Assembly: GCA_017440375.1 (NCBI GenBank)
Contig: JAFSHK010000059.1
Coordinates: forward strand, 5,045 to 69,044
Length of the DNA: 64,000 nt
Direction: 5' to 3'
DNA from: Lachnospiraceae bacterium
GTDB lineage: Bacteria; Bacillota; Clostridia; Lachnospirales; Lachnospiraceae
Shown: piece by piece, positions 1 to 9,665 of the stretch
Position numbering within the stretch: the first letter of the stretch is position 1
Layout: the number at the start of each line of letters is the position of its first letter
Notes under the pieces: model-generated
What the model saw: only the letters and a program-made list of their open reading frames with translations
Databases searched by the model: none
What the model was told of the DNA's origin: nothing
Program-made: the position numbers and the translations under genes

Positions 1-271
1 CAGCACATCTGGCAATCGATGGTGTGAAATCAGGACGAAGTACCAACGTATTTCCTTCTTTATCAAAAAATTTATATAATTCCTTTGACGGAGTTGTTCC
101 TACTTCTTTGGAAAAAACATCAAAAAATTCAAAGGTCGGTGTCTGAATATCGCGATATCCGTATGCATGTACTTTCTCACGAAGCATACGTTCCACTTCC
201 ATTTTTCTTTCTTTTTCATCCCCGTAAATATCTCTGACACCTTCCGGTGTATGCACTAATTTCTTACTCAT
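1..271 (-). CDS. hisZ: ATP phosphoribosyltransferase regulatory subunit, 5' part (runs off the window start)
   Basis: Not in the ORF track. Manual translation from ATG at 271 gives MSKKLVHTPEGVRDIYG...YGYRDIQTPTFEFFDVF...LYKFFDKEGNTLVLRPDFTPSIARCA, a HisZ/HisRS-like N-terminus. Confidence 0.85.
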   Translation of the reverse strand, partial: MSKKLVHTPEGVRDIYGDEKERKMEVERMLREKVHAYGYRDIQTPTFEFFDVFSKEVGTTPSKELYKFFDKEGNTLVLRPDFTPSIARCA

Positions 272-366
272 ACTTTCTTCCTTTACTCTCCATTTTACCT
301 TTTTATGTTACTTTCTTATTTTACTATCTCATATTGATTTTCTTAATGCAATTTTGTTTTTTATTT

Positions 367-418
367 TGCTTTATTACTTTAAAGTGCTACTTCGTTATCA
401 TAGTAGCACGATAAAACA
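367..418. promoter_or_regulatory. Putative tandem HisR (YerC/TrpR-like) operator array upstream of hisZ
   Basis: TGCTTTA-TTACTT-TAAAGTG (367-386) fits the Firmicute HisR palindrome YACTTTA-N6-TAAAGTR. TA dinucleotides recur every 8 bp from 372 to 413. Confidence 0.65.
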
Positions 419-423
419 TTTGT

Positions 424-452
424 AGTATAGCGGAAAATATACATTTTGTCAA
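424..452 (-). promoter_or_regulatory. Sigma-A type promoter for hisZ
   Basis: Minus strand TTGACA-N17-TATACT. Confidence 0.75.
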
Positions 453-454
453 TT

Positions 455-991
455 CTAATCCGCTCTGTCATCTAAATCTTTCTGTATCATATCCAGATAC
501 GGCACTAAAACACCATGTTTCTTTGGTAAAATATATTCCGGATTGAGTTCATCATAACGAAAACTCTTTCTGCCCCCGTTCTTTGCTCGATCCCAGAAAA
601 AACGAAGCATCTCATAAGGCAGATAGTAGAAAATATCCTTATGTGTATAATAAATCAGAAAAAAAGCAATCCCCTTCTGTTTTTCAAACTGTTCCATAAA
701 CCTCACCTGATGTTCATGAATATTCTGCAAAGAAAAAGTATCTACGGCACATTCTTTGGCATCAAAACAAATCGGAATTCCCTGTACCGCTCCGATATAA
801 TCTACGGTACTTTTCTGTTCAAAATATGCTAATGTAATGTGCCTGCTCTGTTTATCAATATTGATAGGAGTAATCGGAGTTGGTATTTTCTGAATCAATG
901 CCAATCCATTTTCCAGATATTTTTCATTGGTACGATTGATCAAATCTTCTAATGTAGAACCTCGAAGTCCTCTCGAATTCCAAGTCGCCAT
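455..991 (-). CDS. recU: Holliday junction resolvase RecU
   Basis: RGSTLEDLIN, KIPTP, STVDYIG, FDAKE and IHEHQ motifs. Confidence 0.92.
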   Translation of the reverse strand: MATWNSRGLRGSTLEDLINRTNEKYLENGLALIQKIPTPITPINIDKQSRHITLAYFEQKSTVDYIGAVQGIPICFDAKECAVDTFSLQNIHEHQVRFMEQFEKQKGIAFFLIYYTHKDIFYYLPYEMLRFFWDRAKNGGRKSFRYDELNPEYILPKKHGVLVPYLDMIQKDLDDRAD

Positions 992-994
992 AAT

Positions 995-2026
995 TTAATT
1001 TCCTTTTTCTGCTACACGGTGAAATAATTCCGGCAGCGATGCTTCAAATGATTGCTCACTGATATCTGTGAATGGTTTCTCCAATTTGGGGAAAACGATC
1101 CGATACGCATGCAGAAGCTGATGGTCTATCCCACATTTCTTCTTATAAATATCATTCCAACGAGCATCACCGTATTTATAATCACCAAGTAAAGGATGTC
1201 CGATACTTGCCAGATGTGCACGAATCTGATGAGATTTTCCGGTAATCAGTTCTACTTCCAACAGGGTTTTGTCCCCTTCTTCTAGAATCGGGATGTAGCG
1301 TGTCTTAATATAAGATGATTTATCTGCTGGTTTTTCAGAAATCACCACTTTATTCGTCTTCTCATTCTTCGTCAGATATCCTTCGATAACCTTTTCTTCT
1401 GTGATAGTTCCCTTGACATACAAACGATAAAACTTATGAAGATCTCTCGTTTGTAACAATTCACCAAGCATCTGCGCACCCTGTATAGATTTTGCACACA
1501 GTACAATACCGCTTGTGTTTCGATCCAAACGATTGCAAACCGATGGCCTGAAGGTTTGTAAATCTTCCTTGGAAATCGCTTTTTTTTCCAGCAAATAACC
1601 AATTAACCACTCATTTAAGGAAATATCCTGCGGTGTGGCTTTCTGCGTAAGAATTCCCGCCAGCTTATCTGCCATTAAGATATGCTCATTTTCATAAATA
1701 ACTTTTATTGCTTTATATTTCTGATATGCAGACTTGTATTGTTTTTCCTTTACTGATTCAGCAGCTTGCACCTTGACATCAGTGTTTTTCTGGCTCAAGG
1801 CTGATTTTCCCATAAACTTCTGCAAAGTTTCATCGGAAAAATAAATAGATACCACATCACCACTTGCAATCTTCTCACTGCCGTCCGCTTTTTTATCATT
1901 TAATACAATATTCTTTTTTCGAAGCATCTTATATAAAAAACTGCTTCCAGCCTCTGGCAACAGTTTATGCAAATATTTATCAAACCGTTGTCCTGCTTCC
2001 CGTTCTGTTATCGTTTTCTGATACAT
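995..2026 (-). CDS. RluA/RluC-family 23S rRNA pseudouridine synthase
   Basis: N-terminal S4 domain (GQRFDKYL), NRLDRNTSG catalytic motif, TGKSHQIRAH, HPLLGDYKYG. Confidence 0.9.
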   Translation of the reverse strand: MYQKTITEREAGQRFDKYLHKLLPEAGSSFLYKMLRKKNIVLNDKKADGSEKIASGDVVSIYFSDETLQKFMGKSALSQKNTDVKVQAAESVKEKQYKSAYQKYKAIKVIYENEHILMADKLAGILTQKATPQDISLNEWLIGYLLEKKAISKEDLQTFRPSVCNRLDRNTSGIVLCAKSIQGAQMLGELLQTRDLHKFYRLYVKGTITEEKVIEGYLTKNEKTNKVVISEKPADKSSYIKTRYIPILEEGDKTLLEVELITGKSHQIRAHLASIGHPLLGDYKYGDARWNDIYKKKCGIDHQLLHAYRIVFPKLEKPFTDISEQSFEASLPELFHRVAEKGN

Positions 2027-2072
2027 GGGATATCTGCCTCATTTCTTATGTTTTTCTGATGCCGTATTTTTC

Positions 2073-2639
2073 TTATAAAGAAATAGAATAGAACATTCGA
2101 ATCATATCATCTTTGTTTTTGTTCTCTTCGGTATTTAATTCTTCCAATTGACCAAGTCGGTCTATGTATTTACCCAATTGGTCAAAAATCTTGACTGTCA
2201 TATTTTTACAGCCTTCTTGTTGCAGCATCAACTCCAAATGCTTCTCTCCCGCACGGCAATCACATTTTTCATTTTCGGTATAAGCACAAATCACATTCCC
2301 TTTTAATACCATATGGCTAATTGGGAAATTTTTCTGATAAGAAGTAAAATACATATCATAAAAACCATTCAGAGTATTATCATATGTAGCAATCTTCTCT
2401 CTTGCTGCTTCAGTACAGCCTTTGGCTTTTAAGAACATAATCATGTTAATAGCACTTTTACAGGATGGCAATAAACCAAGTACTGCAACAACCGTTAACA
2501 GATTTTTGTTACTTCCGGTTGAATAAATACCCATGCCATATATCGCAAGTGACAAAGCAAAAAACAATATTGTTCGAACAATCGTTACTTTTTTCTGGTA
2601 TTCAATATAACCATAGCATCCCTTTTCTATTTTTTTCAT
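2073..2639 (-). CDS. Hypothetical membrane protein (2 TM segments)
   Basis: 188-aa ORF with two hydrophobic segments; overlaps the upstream SDR stop by 4 nt. Confidence 0.7.
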   Translation of the reverse strand: MKKIEKGCYGYIEYQKKVTIVRTILFFALSLAIYGMGIYSTGSNKNLLTVVAVLGLLPSCKSAINMIMFLKAKGCTEAAREKIATYDNTLNGFYDMYFTSYQKNFPISHMVLKGNVICAYTENEKCDCRAGEKHLELMLQQEGCKNMTVKIFDQLGKYIDRLGQLEELNTEENKNKDDMIRMFYSISL

Positions 2640-3382
2640 CGAATCACTCCTCTGGATAATCCATATAATAATTTCATCGGCAGACCATAAATTGAAACTT
2701 CTTTTTTCTTCTTACAATCTTTGATGGCTTGTGCAACTACTTTCTCGGTATTCGCCATTACAAGCTTTTTCAGCTTACTAAGTTCTCCGTATCTGCCGTA
2801 AGCATGCTCCAAAAACGGTGTTTCTACCGGTCCGGGACAAACAGTCGTTACGACAATACCACGTTGTTTCAGTTCTTTTGCAAGTGCACGCCCAAACGAA
2901 TATACATATGCCTTTGATGCTGCATAAACAGCAAATTCCGGCTGTGGTCTAAATGCTGCACCGGATGCAACCTGTATGATTTTACTGCCTTTTCGCATAT
3001 AAGGCAGACAGATTTTGGTTAACTGTGTCAATGCAAGAACATTTAAGCGAACCATTTCTGTCGTTTCTTCCCTACTCTGTTTATCAAAAGCGCCATAGGT
3101 TCCCACTCCGGCACAATTTACAAGTACAGAAATCTTTGGATTTAATATCATCATCGCTTCCGTAAACTGCTTTAACTTGTTTTCATCGGTAATATCCATT
3201 GGGAATACTTTGATTTCCGGTACGATATTCATTCCTTTCAAAGCATTTTCCACTTCTTCCAATTTTTCGCTGTTTCTGGCAATCAACCATAATTCGTCTG
3301 TTTTTCTTAATATCGGAGCAAGTTTCAATACAAATTCTTTTCCCATTCCGGAAGATGCACCTGTTATGATTGCAATATTCAT
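2636..3382 (-). CDS. Short-chain dehydrogenase/reductase (SDR)
   Basis: TGASSGMG Rossmann motif, NCAG, YAASK catalytic motif; GGAGG RBS. Confidence 0.9.
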   Translation of the reverse strand: MNIAIITGASSGMGKEFVLKLAPILRKTDELWLIARNSEKLEEVENALKGMNIVPEIKVFPMDITDENKLKQFTEAMMILNPKISVLVNCAGVGTYGAFDKQSREETTEMVRLNVLALTQLTKICLPYMRKGSKIIQVASGAAFRPQPEFAVYAASKAYVYSFGRALAKELKQRGIVVTTVCPGPVETPFLEHAYGRYGELSKLKKLVMANTEKVVAQAIKDCKKKKEVSIYGLPMKLLYGLSRGVIR

Positions 3383-3417
3383 AAGAACCTCCTTTTTTCG
3401 CCTTTTGCAATATATTA

Positions 3418-5289
3418 TTACTTTTTACGACTATGAACATTTCGAATTGTTTTCTTTTTCTTACCTGTCAACTTCCCCTGCGCTTGTGTACTCTTGAATT
3501 TTCTTGGCCGAATTAGACATTTTTTATCAAAACCAATTAAATCTTCACGTCCAGCTTTCACCAACGCTTCGTACACCAAATCGTAATTATTCGGATTCCG
3601 ATACTGAATTAAAGCTCTCTGCATAGCTTTCTCATGCGGATTCTTACAGACATAAACAGCTTTCCCATTTCTCGGGTCAATTCCGGTATAATACATAACG
3701 GTAGAAACGGTGGATGGTGTCGGGTAAAAATCCTGCACTTGTTCCGGCATATAACCCAAATCCCGCAAATATTCTGCCAGTTCAATGGCTTCTTTCAACG
3801 TTGAGCCGGGATGTGACGACATCAAATACGGCACAAGGAACTGTTTTTTACCAAGCTGCTCATTTATTTTTCTATATTTTCGAATAAACTGCTCATAAAC
3901 TGCTTTTTCCGGCTTACCCATCTTAGATAATACAGCATCCGAAATATGCTCCGGTGCTACTTTAAGCTGTCCGCTGACATGGTGCTCTACCAATTCCTTG
4001 AAAAAGGTATCGTCTTTATCTGCCAATAAATAGTCAAACCGAATACCAGAACGGATAAATACTTTTTTCACCTTTGGTAAAACTCGTAATTTCCGCAATA
4101 AAGAAAGATAATCCGAATGATCTGCTCTCATGTTCGGACATGGCTTCGGAAACAGGCATTGCCTGTTTTTACAGACACCTTGTGTCATTTGTTTCTCACA
4201 GGACGGATGTCTGAAATTAGCCGTCGGACCTCCCACATCGTGAATATATCCTTTAAAATCGGGTTCTTGTATCATAAGCTCAGCTTCTTTGATAATTGAC
4301 TCATGACTTCTGACCTGTATCGTTCTACCCTGATGGAAGGTCAATGCACAGAAGCTGCATCCTCCAAAACATCCACGATTGCTAATGAGTGAAAATTTAA
4401 TCTCAGAAATTGCCGGAACACCACCTTTTTCCTCATAAGACGGGTGATAGGTACGCATATAGGGCAACTCATAAACGGCATCCATTTCGTCCATGGTAAG
4501 CGGCTTCTGCGGCGGATTTTGTACTACATAAACCCGATGAGGATATTCCTCGATTAAAGTCTTTCCGGTAAAAGGATCGGTACTCTGATACTGAATTGCA
4601 AAGCTGTCCGCATAACGCTTTGGCTGTGCTTTCATTTCTTCATACGTTGGTAATATAACACTATCGTAAATACCGGAAATATCCTTGGTTTTGTATACCG
4701 TTCCCGGTATAAAAGTGATATCCTTCACTGCAATTCCGCTTGCCAGTGCATCTGCTATTTCCACAATGGATTTCTCACCCATACCATAAGAAATAATATC
4801 TGCCTGACTATCCAAAAGTACAGAACGCTTAAACTGGTCAGTCCAGTAATCGTAATGCGCCATTCTTCGAAGACTTGCTTCAATACCACCAATAATAATC
4901 GGCACATCTTTGTAGGTTCTTCGAATCAGATTTCCATAGACAACCGTTGCGTGATCCGGTCTTTTATATGCCTCTCCGCCCGGTGTATAAGCATCGGTTG
5001 GGCGATGCTTCTTTGATACAAAATAATGATTAACCATGGAATCCATATTTCCTGCCGAAATCAAGAAAGCAAGCTTTGGTCTCCCAAGTATTGTAATACT
5101 CTCATCATCTTTCCAGTCCGGCTGCGAAATAATTCCAACTCGATAACCATGTGATTCCAATATTCTACTGATAATTGCATGTCCAAAAGAAGGATGATCT
5201 ACATAGGCATCGCCAATCACATAAACAAAATCAAACTGTTCAATTCCTTCTCTTATCATATCTTCTCTGGATATCGGTAAAAATCCCAT
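3418..5289 (-). CDS. YgiQ-family (UPF0313) radical SAM protein
   Basis: [28 protein letters not shown] (CxxxCxxC), QVQDFYPTP. Confidence 0.9.
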   Translation of the reverse strand: MGFLPISREDMIREGIEQFDFVYVIGDAYVDHPSFGHAIISRILESHGYRVGIISQPDWKDDESITILGRPKLAFLISAGNMDSMVNHYFVSKKHRPTDAYTPGGEAYKRPDHATVVYGNLIRRTYKDVPIIIGGIEASLRRMAHYDYWTDQFKRSVLLDSQADIISYGMGEKSIVEIADALASGIAVKDITFIPGTVYKTKDISGIYDSVILPTYEEMKAQPKRYADSFAIQYQSTDPFTGKTLIEEYPHRVYVVQNPPQKPLTMDEMDAVYELPYMRTYHPSYEEKGGVPAISEIKFSLISNRGCFGGCSFCALTFHQGRTIQVRSHESIIKEAELMIQEPDFKGYIHDVGGPTANFRHPSCEKQMTQGVCKNRQCLFPKPCPNMRADHSDYLSLLRKLRVLPKVKKVFIRSGIRFDYLLADKDDTFFKELVEHHVSGQLKVAPEHISDAVLSKMGKPEKAVYEQFIRKYRKINEQLGKKQFLVPYLMSSHPGSTLKEAIELAEYLRDLGYMPEQVQDFYPTPSTVSTVMYYTGIDPRNGKAVYVCKNPHEKAMQRALIQYRNPNNYDLVYEALVKAGREDLIGFDKKCLIRPRKFKSTQAQGKLTGKKKKTIRNVHSRKK

Positions 5290-5320
5290 CTTCTATATTA
5301 ACTCCATTCCTACACACTGT

Positions 5321-5965
5321 TTACACGAATTCTTTAAAATCATGAATGTAATAATCTGCCAGCTCGCGTTTTTGTTCATCCTGCGGAATTGAATATTCAT
5401 CATATACCGCGCAAACACTCATGCCAGCCGCTTTCCCTGCCATAATACCAGGTATAATATCTTCAAACACAAGACATTTATCCGGTGCAACCTCAAGTTC
5501 TTTGGCTACTGCCAGATAAATATCCGGCGCAGGTTTTCCTTTTGCTACATCACAACCTGTCATGATACATCCAAAATGCGCCTTCAGATTATGTACTGAA
5601 ATAACATTCTCCACTAATTCCCTTGAATTACTGGTTGCAATCCCTAGCTTAATCTTTTTCTCGGCACACAAATTTAGAAATGCTTCCGCACCTTCTTTCA
5701 ACGGCACTTCATGACTGTATTTATCCCAAGCCATCGCATTCCAGTCTTCTTTGATTTTATCTAAACTATCCGGAATTTGAAATCTCTCTTTGAAATAAAT
5801 CGCTGTTTCACTAAAGCTCATGCCTTCAATACATGCTTGTAAATCATCTGGTTTCTCAATCCCGAATCTGTCCAGATATTCTACATCAATGACTTCCCAC
5901 ATCCACATGGAATCTACTAAGGAACCATCCAAATCAAAAATAACCGCTTCGATATCTTTTAACAT
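5321..5965 (-). CDS. HAD-superfamily phosphatase
   Basis: FDLDGSLVDS, ATSN, GKPAPDIY and VFED motifs. Confidence 0.9.
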   Translation of the reverse strand: MLKDIEAVIFDLDGSLVDSMWMWEVIDVEYLDRFGIEKPDDLQACIEGMSFSETAIYFKERFQIPDSLDKIKEDWNAMAWDKYSHEVPLKEGAEAFLNLCAEKKIKLGIATSNSRELVENVISVHNLKAHFGCIMTGCDVAKGKPAPDIYLAVAKELEVAPDKCLVFEDIIPGIMAGKAAGMSVCAVYDEYSIPQDEQKRELADYYIHDFKEFV

Positions 5966-6666
5966 TATTGTTTCTCCTGTAATAACATAACTTCTTTACT
6001 TGTAAGTTTCCGGTATTGTCCCGGCTGTAAACTCTCATCTAACGCAAGGCCACCCATGCACACTCTTTTCAGATATATAACTTCATTTCCAACCGCCTGC
6101 AACATTCTTTTCACTTGATGAAATTTTCCTTCCATAATCGTTAAGGCAATCTTTTTCTCTTCCAGAATAACAACCTTTGCCGGCATCGTCAGTTTCTTTT
6201 CGCCAATATCCACACCCTTCTCAAGTGCTTCTTTTTGTATTCCATCAAAAGGAACTGCTAATGTACATTCATATACTTTCTCCACATGCTTTGTCGGAGA
6301 AAGCAATTCATGTGCAAGTACACCATCATTAGTCATTATCAATAATCCTTCGGTATCTTTGTCCAAGCGCCCCATTGGAAACAAATCATTTCTTCCGATA
6401 TCTTTTAGCAAATCCACTACCGTTTTCTCTCTCTTATCTTCCGTTGCCGATACTACCCCAGCAGGTTTGTTTAACATATAATAAACAAACTTCTCGTATT
6501 CATACGCATTTCCTTTATAGCAGATTTTATCCTGCTTCTCGTCAACGGTATAGTCACTCTGACGCACAATCTCACCATTCACTGTCACGAGACCTGCACG
6601 GATGTCCTTCTTTAACTGACTTCTTGTCGCACATTTCATATCACTCAAAAACTTGTCCAAACGCAT
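5965..6666 (-). CDS. rsuA: RsuA-family rRNA pseudouridine synthase
   Basis: MRLDKFL S4 domain, LNKPAG, GRLDKDTEGLL, EGKFHQVKRM. Confidence 0.85.
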   Translation of the reverse strand: MRLDKFLSDMKCATRSQLKKDIRAGLVTVNGEIVRQSDYTVDEKQDKICYKGNAYEYEKFVYYMLNKPAGVVSATEDKREKTVVDLLKDIGRNDLFPMGRLDKDTEGLLIMTNDGVLAHELLSPTKHVEKVYECTLAVPFDGIQKEALEKGVDIGEKKLTMPAKVVILEEKKIALTIMEGKFHQVKRMLQAVGNEVIYLKRVCMGGLALDESLQPGQYRKLTSKEVMLLQEKQ

Positions 6667-6692
6667 ATTTGCTTATCCTTTTTACATATACT
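6663..6692 (+). promoter_or_regulatory. Putative sigma-E (mother cell) promoter for the ylbJ-like gene
   Basis: GCATATT-N15-CATATACT resembles the SigE consensus; ylbJ is SigE-dependent in Bacillus. Confidence 0.5.
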
Positions 6693-6732
6693 AAACCAAG
6701 AACTCCTTTGTACCAAGCAACCCTAAAATCCT

Positions 6733-7695
6733 ATGTTAAACAAAATATCCGATGCTCTTACCCAAACACTTTTTACTATTCTTGTTCTATATCTGACTTT
6801 TTTATTACTTCGCTATCCGGCACAATCGCTTCAATACGCATCAACCGGATTGTTATTATGGTTTCAAAGAATGATTCCAACCTTGCTGCCGTTCATGATT
6901 CTATCCGGTATTATGGTACGTATGAATCTGACGGAACGTTTTGCCAAATGGTTTCATCCTTTTTTTCACTGTCTCTGGGGAACCTCATTAAACGGCTCTT
7001 ATGCTCTTTTGATGGGAATGCTTTGTGGCTTCCCTATGGGTGCCAGAGTTATCGGAGAACTTCTCCATGCACAGAAATTATCTGAAAAAGAAGCTTCTTA
7101 TCTGCTTGCTTTTTGTAATAACATCGGACCAATTTATTTCATTAGCTTTGTGATGAGCACCTTATCCATCGAAAACAATTACATCCCTTTTCTAATCATG
7201 TATGGTGTACCGCTCCTTTATGGCTTTTTCCTATATCGTTTTCATTATAAATCTACCCTTTATAAATCCACTGCAAACATCACACTACAAGCAGCCTCAA
7301 TTTTGCCAAATAAAGCATCTTCTCTTCTTACCGCCATCGATGATTCCGTCATTTCCGGACTTATCGGCATCGGTAAATTAGGCGGTTATATGGTTTTCTT
7401 TAACCTTTTAAATATTATGCTTTATCCTTTTGCAGCTTTACCAAAATCCATCCTCGGTTTCTGCAACTGTATGCTAGAAATCACCAGCGGTATCAGTCTT
7501 ATCGGCAAAGAAGGATTTTTTATGATTCTGATTCTGCTACCCTTCGGTGGCTTTTCCTGTATGGCACAAACTTATAGTATGATAAAGGAAACGAACCTAT
7601 CGATTTCGCACTATTTTTTGCATAAATGCAGTCAGACAGCTCTGACTGCACTCATCTATATCTTCTACGTCGTTTTTTACGCTTATACCCTCTGA
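6733..7695 (+). CDS. ylbJ: Sporulation integral membrane protein YlbJ/SpoVV-like (nucleoside-recognition Gate domains)
   Basis: GLLLWFQRMIPTLLPFMILS, GMLCGFPMGA, FCNNIGP, LEITSG, FGGFS; located near coaD. Confidence 0.75.
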   Translation: MLNKISDALTQTLFTILVLYLTFLLLRYPAQSLQYASTGLLLWFQRMIPTLLPFMILSGIMVRMNLTERFAKWFHPFFHCLWGTSLNGSYALLMGMLCGFPMGARVIGELLHAQKLSEKEASYLLAFCNNIGPIYFISFVMSTLSIENNYIPFLIMYGVPLLYGFFLYRFHYKSTLYKSTANITLQAASILPNKASSLLTAIDDSVISGLIGIGKLGGYMVFFNLLNIMLYPFAALPKSILGFCNCMLEITSGISLIGKEGFFMILILLPFGGFSCMAQTYSMIKETNLSISHYFLHKCSQTALTALIYIFYVVFYAYTL

Positions 7696-9031
7696 GAATC
7701 ACTATCATGGATAAAATCATAGAAAAAACAAGCAATGCACAAATGATACAGACTCCGACAAAATACCCTACGGATACAACCGATTCTTCTTCAATGGTAT
7801 CTTCCGAAACAGTTTCTTTTGTTTCCGTAATCTGATATGAAATTTCTTCATAATCCTCTTTCGAAAGAATACTGTTTGAATCTGTTTCCTGAATTTCGTT
7901 TTCTTCCGTATCCGTTACTGTTTGTTCTTCTGTTTGCTTATCATAATTTACAGAAGGTAAATCAATTTTATTGCTTGTAGTATATAAATCATATCCGTTA
8001 TAAGCATTCACCATAATCTGCGGAATGGTTCCCGAAGGTATCTGCATCGTAAACTCAAAAGTGTCCTTCGATTGATCCGGCCATCTTAGTAACTCCGAAA
8101 AAGTCTCTCCGCCATCATAACTATACGTATAATAAAGCATTCCGCTATCATAGTCATCTGCTGAAACACTTAAAGTCACTTCTCCGGTTTCTTTGTCTTG
8201 CTCTACCAGCTCAATCATGCAAATATCCGGTTCTGTGCTATCCGGCTTCATAACCTGTGTCGGTACCGGAACGGTTGCTACTTGATAACCAGTAAAATCT
8301 TTCCCAAGACTTTCTGATTTCAAACCATAATACCTTGCCACGGCTTCTGCATCCAACCTGCCGAATTCTTCCAACTTCTCTTTGTGGTCATAAAAAGGCT
8401 GATCATTTATCTGATCCAAATGACAGTGTTCAATCAAAGCACAAGGAATAGCTCGTTCTGTTGCATGACGAATAATGCCATAATAATCGATTCCTTCATC
8501 ATTCAATCTCGTTTTGATACCGCGGGAATATAATCCCATCTCCTGTAAAAGCTCCATCTCAATTGCAGCGAACTCATACCCTCTGCTGTACTGTTCTCCA
8601 AAAGCAGATATCCATGTTTCTGCACCAAACAAAGTGTGATGCTCCGACAGATTGAAATGCAGGCAGAAAATAAAATCAGCATTCACACTGGCAGCATACT
8701 CGCATCTTTCTTCTAAAGTAAGTCCGGTATCATCGGTTCTTGTCATATAAACGGTAATGCCTTCGTATTGCTCCAGTTCTTTTTTCATTGCATTGGCAAC
8801 AATTAAAGTCATTTCCTTCTCGGTATAATCTTCGTATTGACCGCCAAGATTGTCTCCACCATGTCCCGGATCAATAACGATAATAATCGGTTCATCTGCA
8901 TACGCTGTCATAACAGCCTCATCATCCAAACCAAAAAGTCCCGTACATACTAGTATTATTATTAAATTGATTGTGAAAAATAATAAGCCGGCTTCCCTTT
9001 GAAACCGGCTTATGATGAATTTTTGAAACAT
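7652..9031 (-). CDS. N-acetylmuramoyl-L-alanine amidase (Amidase_3) with N-terminal signal/TM and C-terminal TM anchor
   Basis: IVIDPGHGG, EKE, YMTRTDD, CLHFN, ALIEH; C-terminal hydrophobic stretch followed by KRKKRRRRYR. Confidence 0.85.
   Translation of the reverse strand: MFQKFIISRFQREAGLLFFTINLIIILVCTGLFGLDDEAVMTAYADEPIIIVIDPGHGGDNLGGQYEDYTEKEMTLIVANAMKKELEQYEGITVYMTRTDDTGLTLEERCEYAASVNADFIFCLHFNLSEHHTLFGAETWISAFGEQYSRGYEFAAIEMELLQEMGLYSRGIKTRLNDEGIDYYGIIRHATERAIPCALIEHCHLDQINDQPFYDHKEKLEEFGRLDAEAVARYYGLKSESLGKDFTGYQVATVPVPTQVMKPDSTEPDICMIELVEQDKETGEVTLSVSADDYDSGMLYYTYSYDGGETFSELLRWPDQSKDTFEFTMQIPSGTIPQIMVNAYNGYDLYTTSNKIDLPSVNYDKQTEEQTVTDTEENEIQETDSNSILSKEDYEEISYQITETKETVSEDTIEEESVVSVGYFVGVCIICALLVFSMILSMIVILRGYKRKKRRRRYR
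8976..9013 (-). terminator. Intrinsic terminator-like hairpin after the coaD-downstream gene, inside the amidase 5' CDS
   Basis: Minus strand ATAAGCCGGTTTC-AAAGG-GAAGCCGGCTTAT followed by TATTTTT. Confidence 0.6.
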
Positions 9032-9045
9032 ATCCGTTATACTTC

Positions 9046-9657
9046 CTATAATAAATCCAGATTGATAGACTCTTCTGCGCCATCATCATAATCTACTTCT
9101 TTTAAAAGTTCTTCTACTTCCGGCGGTCTTAACTCTGCACGATTCGCTTTTACGACTTCGTTATAGCCATTGATTGTATTGTAAAAACTTTCATAATGTG
9201 CAGTCGTCGTATTCAATGTCGTTGTCATGACATTCTCAAGATTCGCAAGCATCTCATCCAAATACTGCATAGCCGCTGCTCTGACACCATTTGCTTCTAT
9301 CGTAGCATTATCTAAAATTTCCTGCGCCTGATGTGCTGCAAGCGTAACAACCTCATTTGCCTGTGCATATGCCTGTTGCATAATTTCATGCTCATTAATC
9401 AGCTCATTCGTATGTATAGTTGCTTCGTTAACGATAGCTTCTGCTTTGGAACGAGCATCATTCAAAATTGCTTCTTTATTTGTAATAATTTTCTGATAGC
9501 GCTTAATTTCATCCGGTGTTTTCATCCGGAGCTCGCGTAAAAGCTCATCAATTTCTTCTTTATTTACAATAATATTGGTTTTCGAAAGAGGCTGGTACTT
9601 GCACCCATCAATATAATCCTCAATCTCATCGATTAACTGTTCGATTCTACTGCTCAT
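9046..9657 (-). CDS. Conserved coiled-coil protein downstream of coaD (often labelled ATPase subunit b/H-like or DivIVA-like)
   Basis: IEQLIDEIEDYI...ELLRELRMKTPDEIKR...ILNDARSKAEAIV helical heptads; typical clostridial position after coaD. Confidence 0.7.
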   Translation of the reverse strand: MSSRIEQLIDEIEDYIDGCKYQPLSKTNIIVNKEEIDELLRELRMKTPDEIKRYQKIITNKEAILNDARSKAEAIVNEATIHTNELINEHEIMQQAYAQANEVVTLAAHQAQEILDNATIEANGVRAAAMQYLDEMLANLENVMTTTLNTTTAHYESFYNTINGYNEVVKANRAELRPPEVEELLKEVDYDDGAEESINLDLL

Positions 9658-9665
9658 CTTTACTC

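Noticed and set aside
9041-9068. ACTTCCTATAA matches the XerC arm of the Firmicute dif site
   Set aside because: The following sequence (TAAATC CAGATTGATAG) does not match the TTATGTAAACT XerD arm. The match coincides with a stop codon and RBS, and gene orientation does not switch here.
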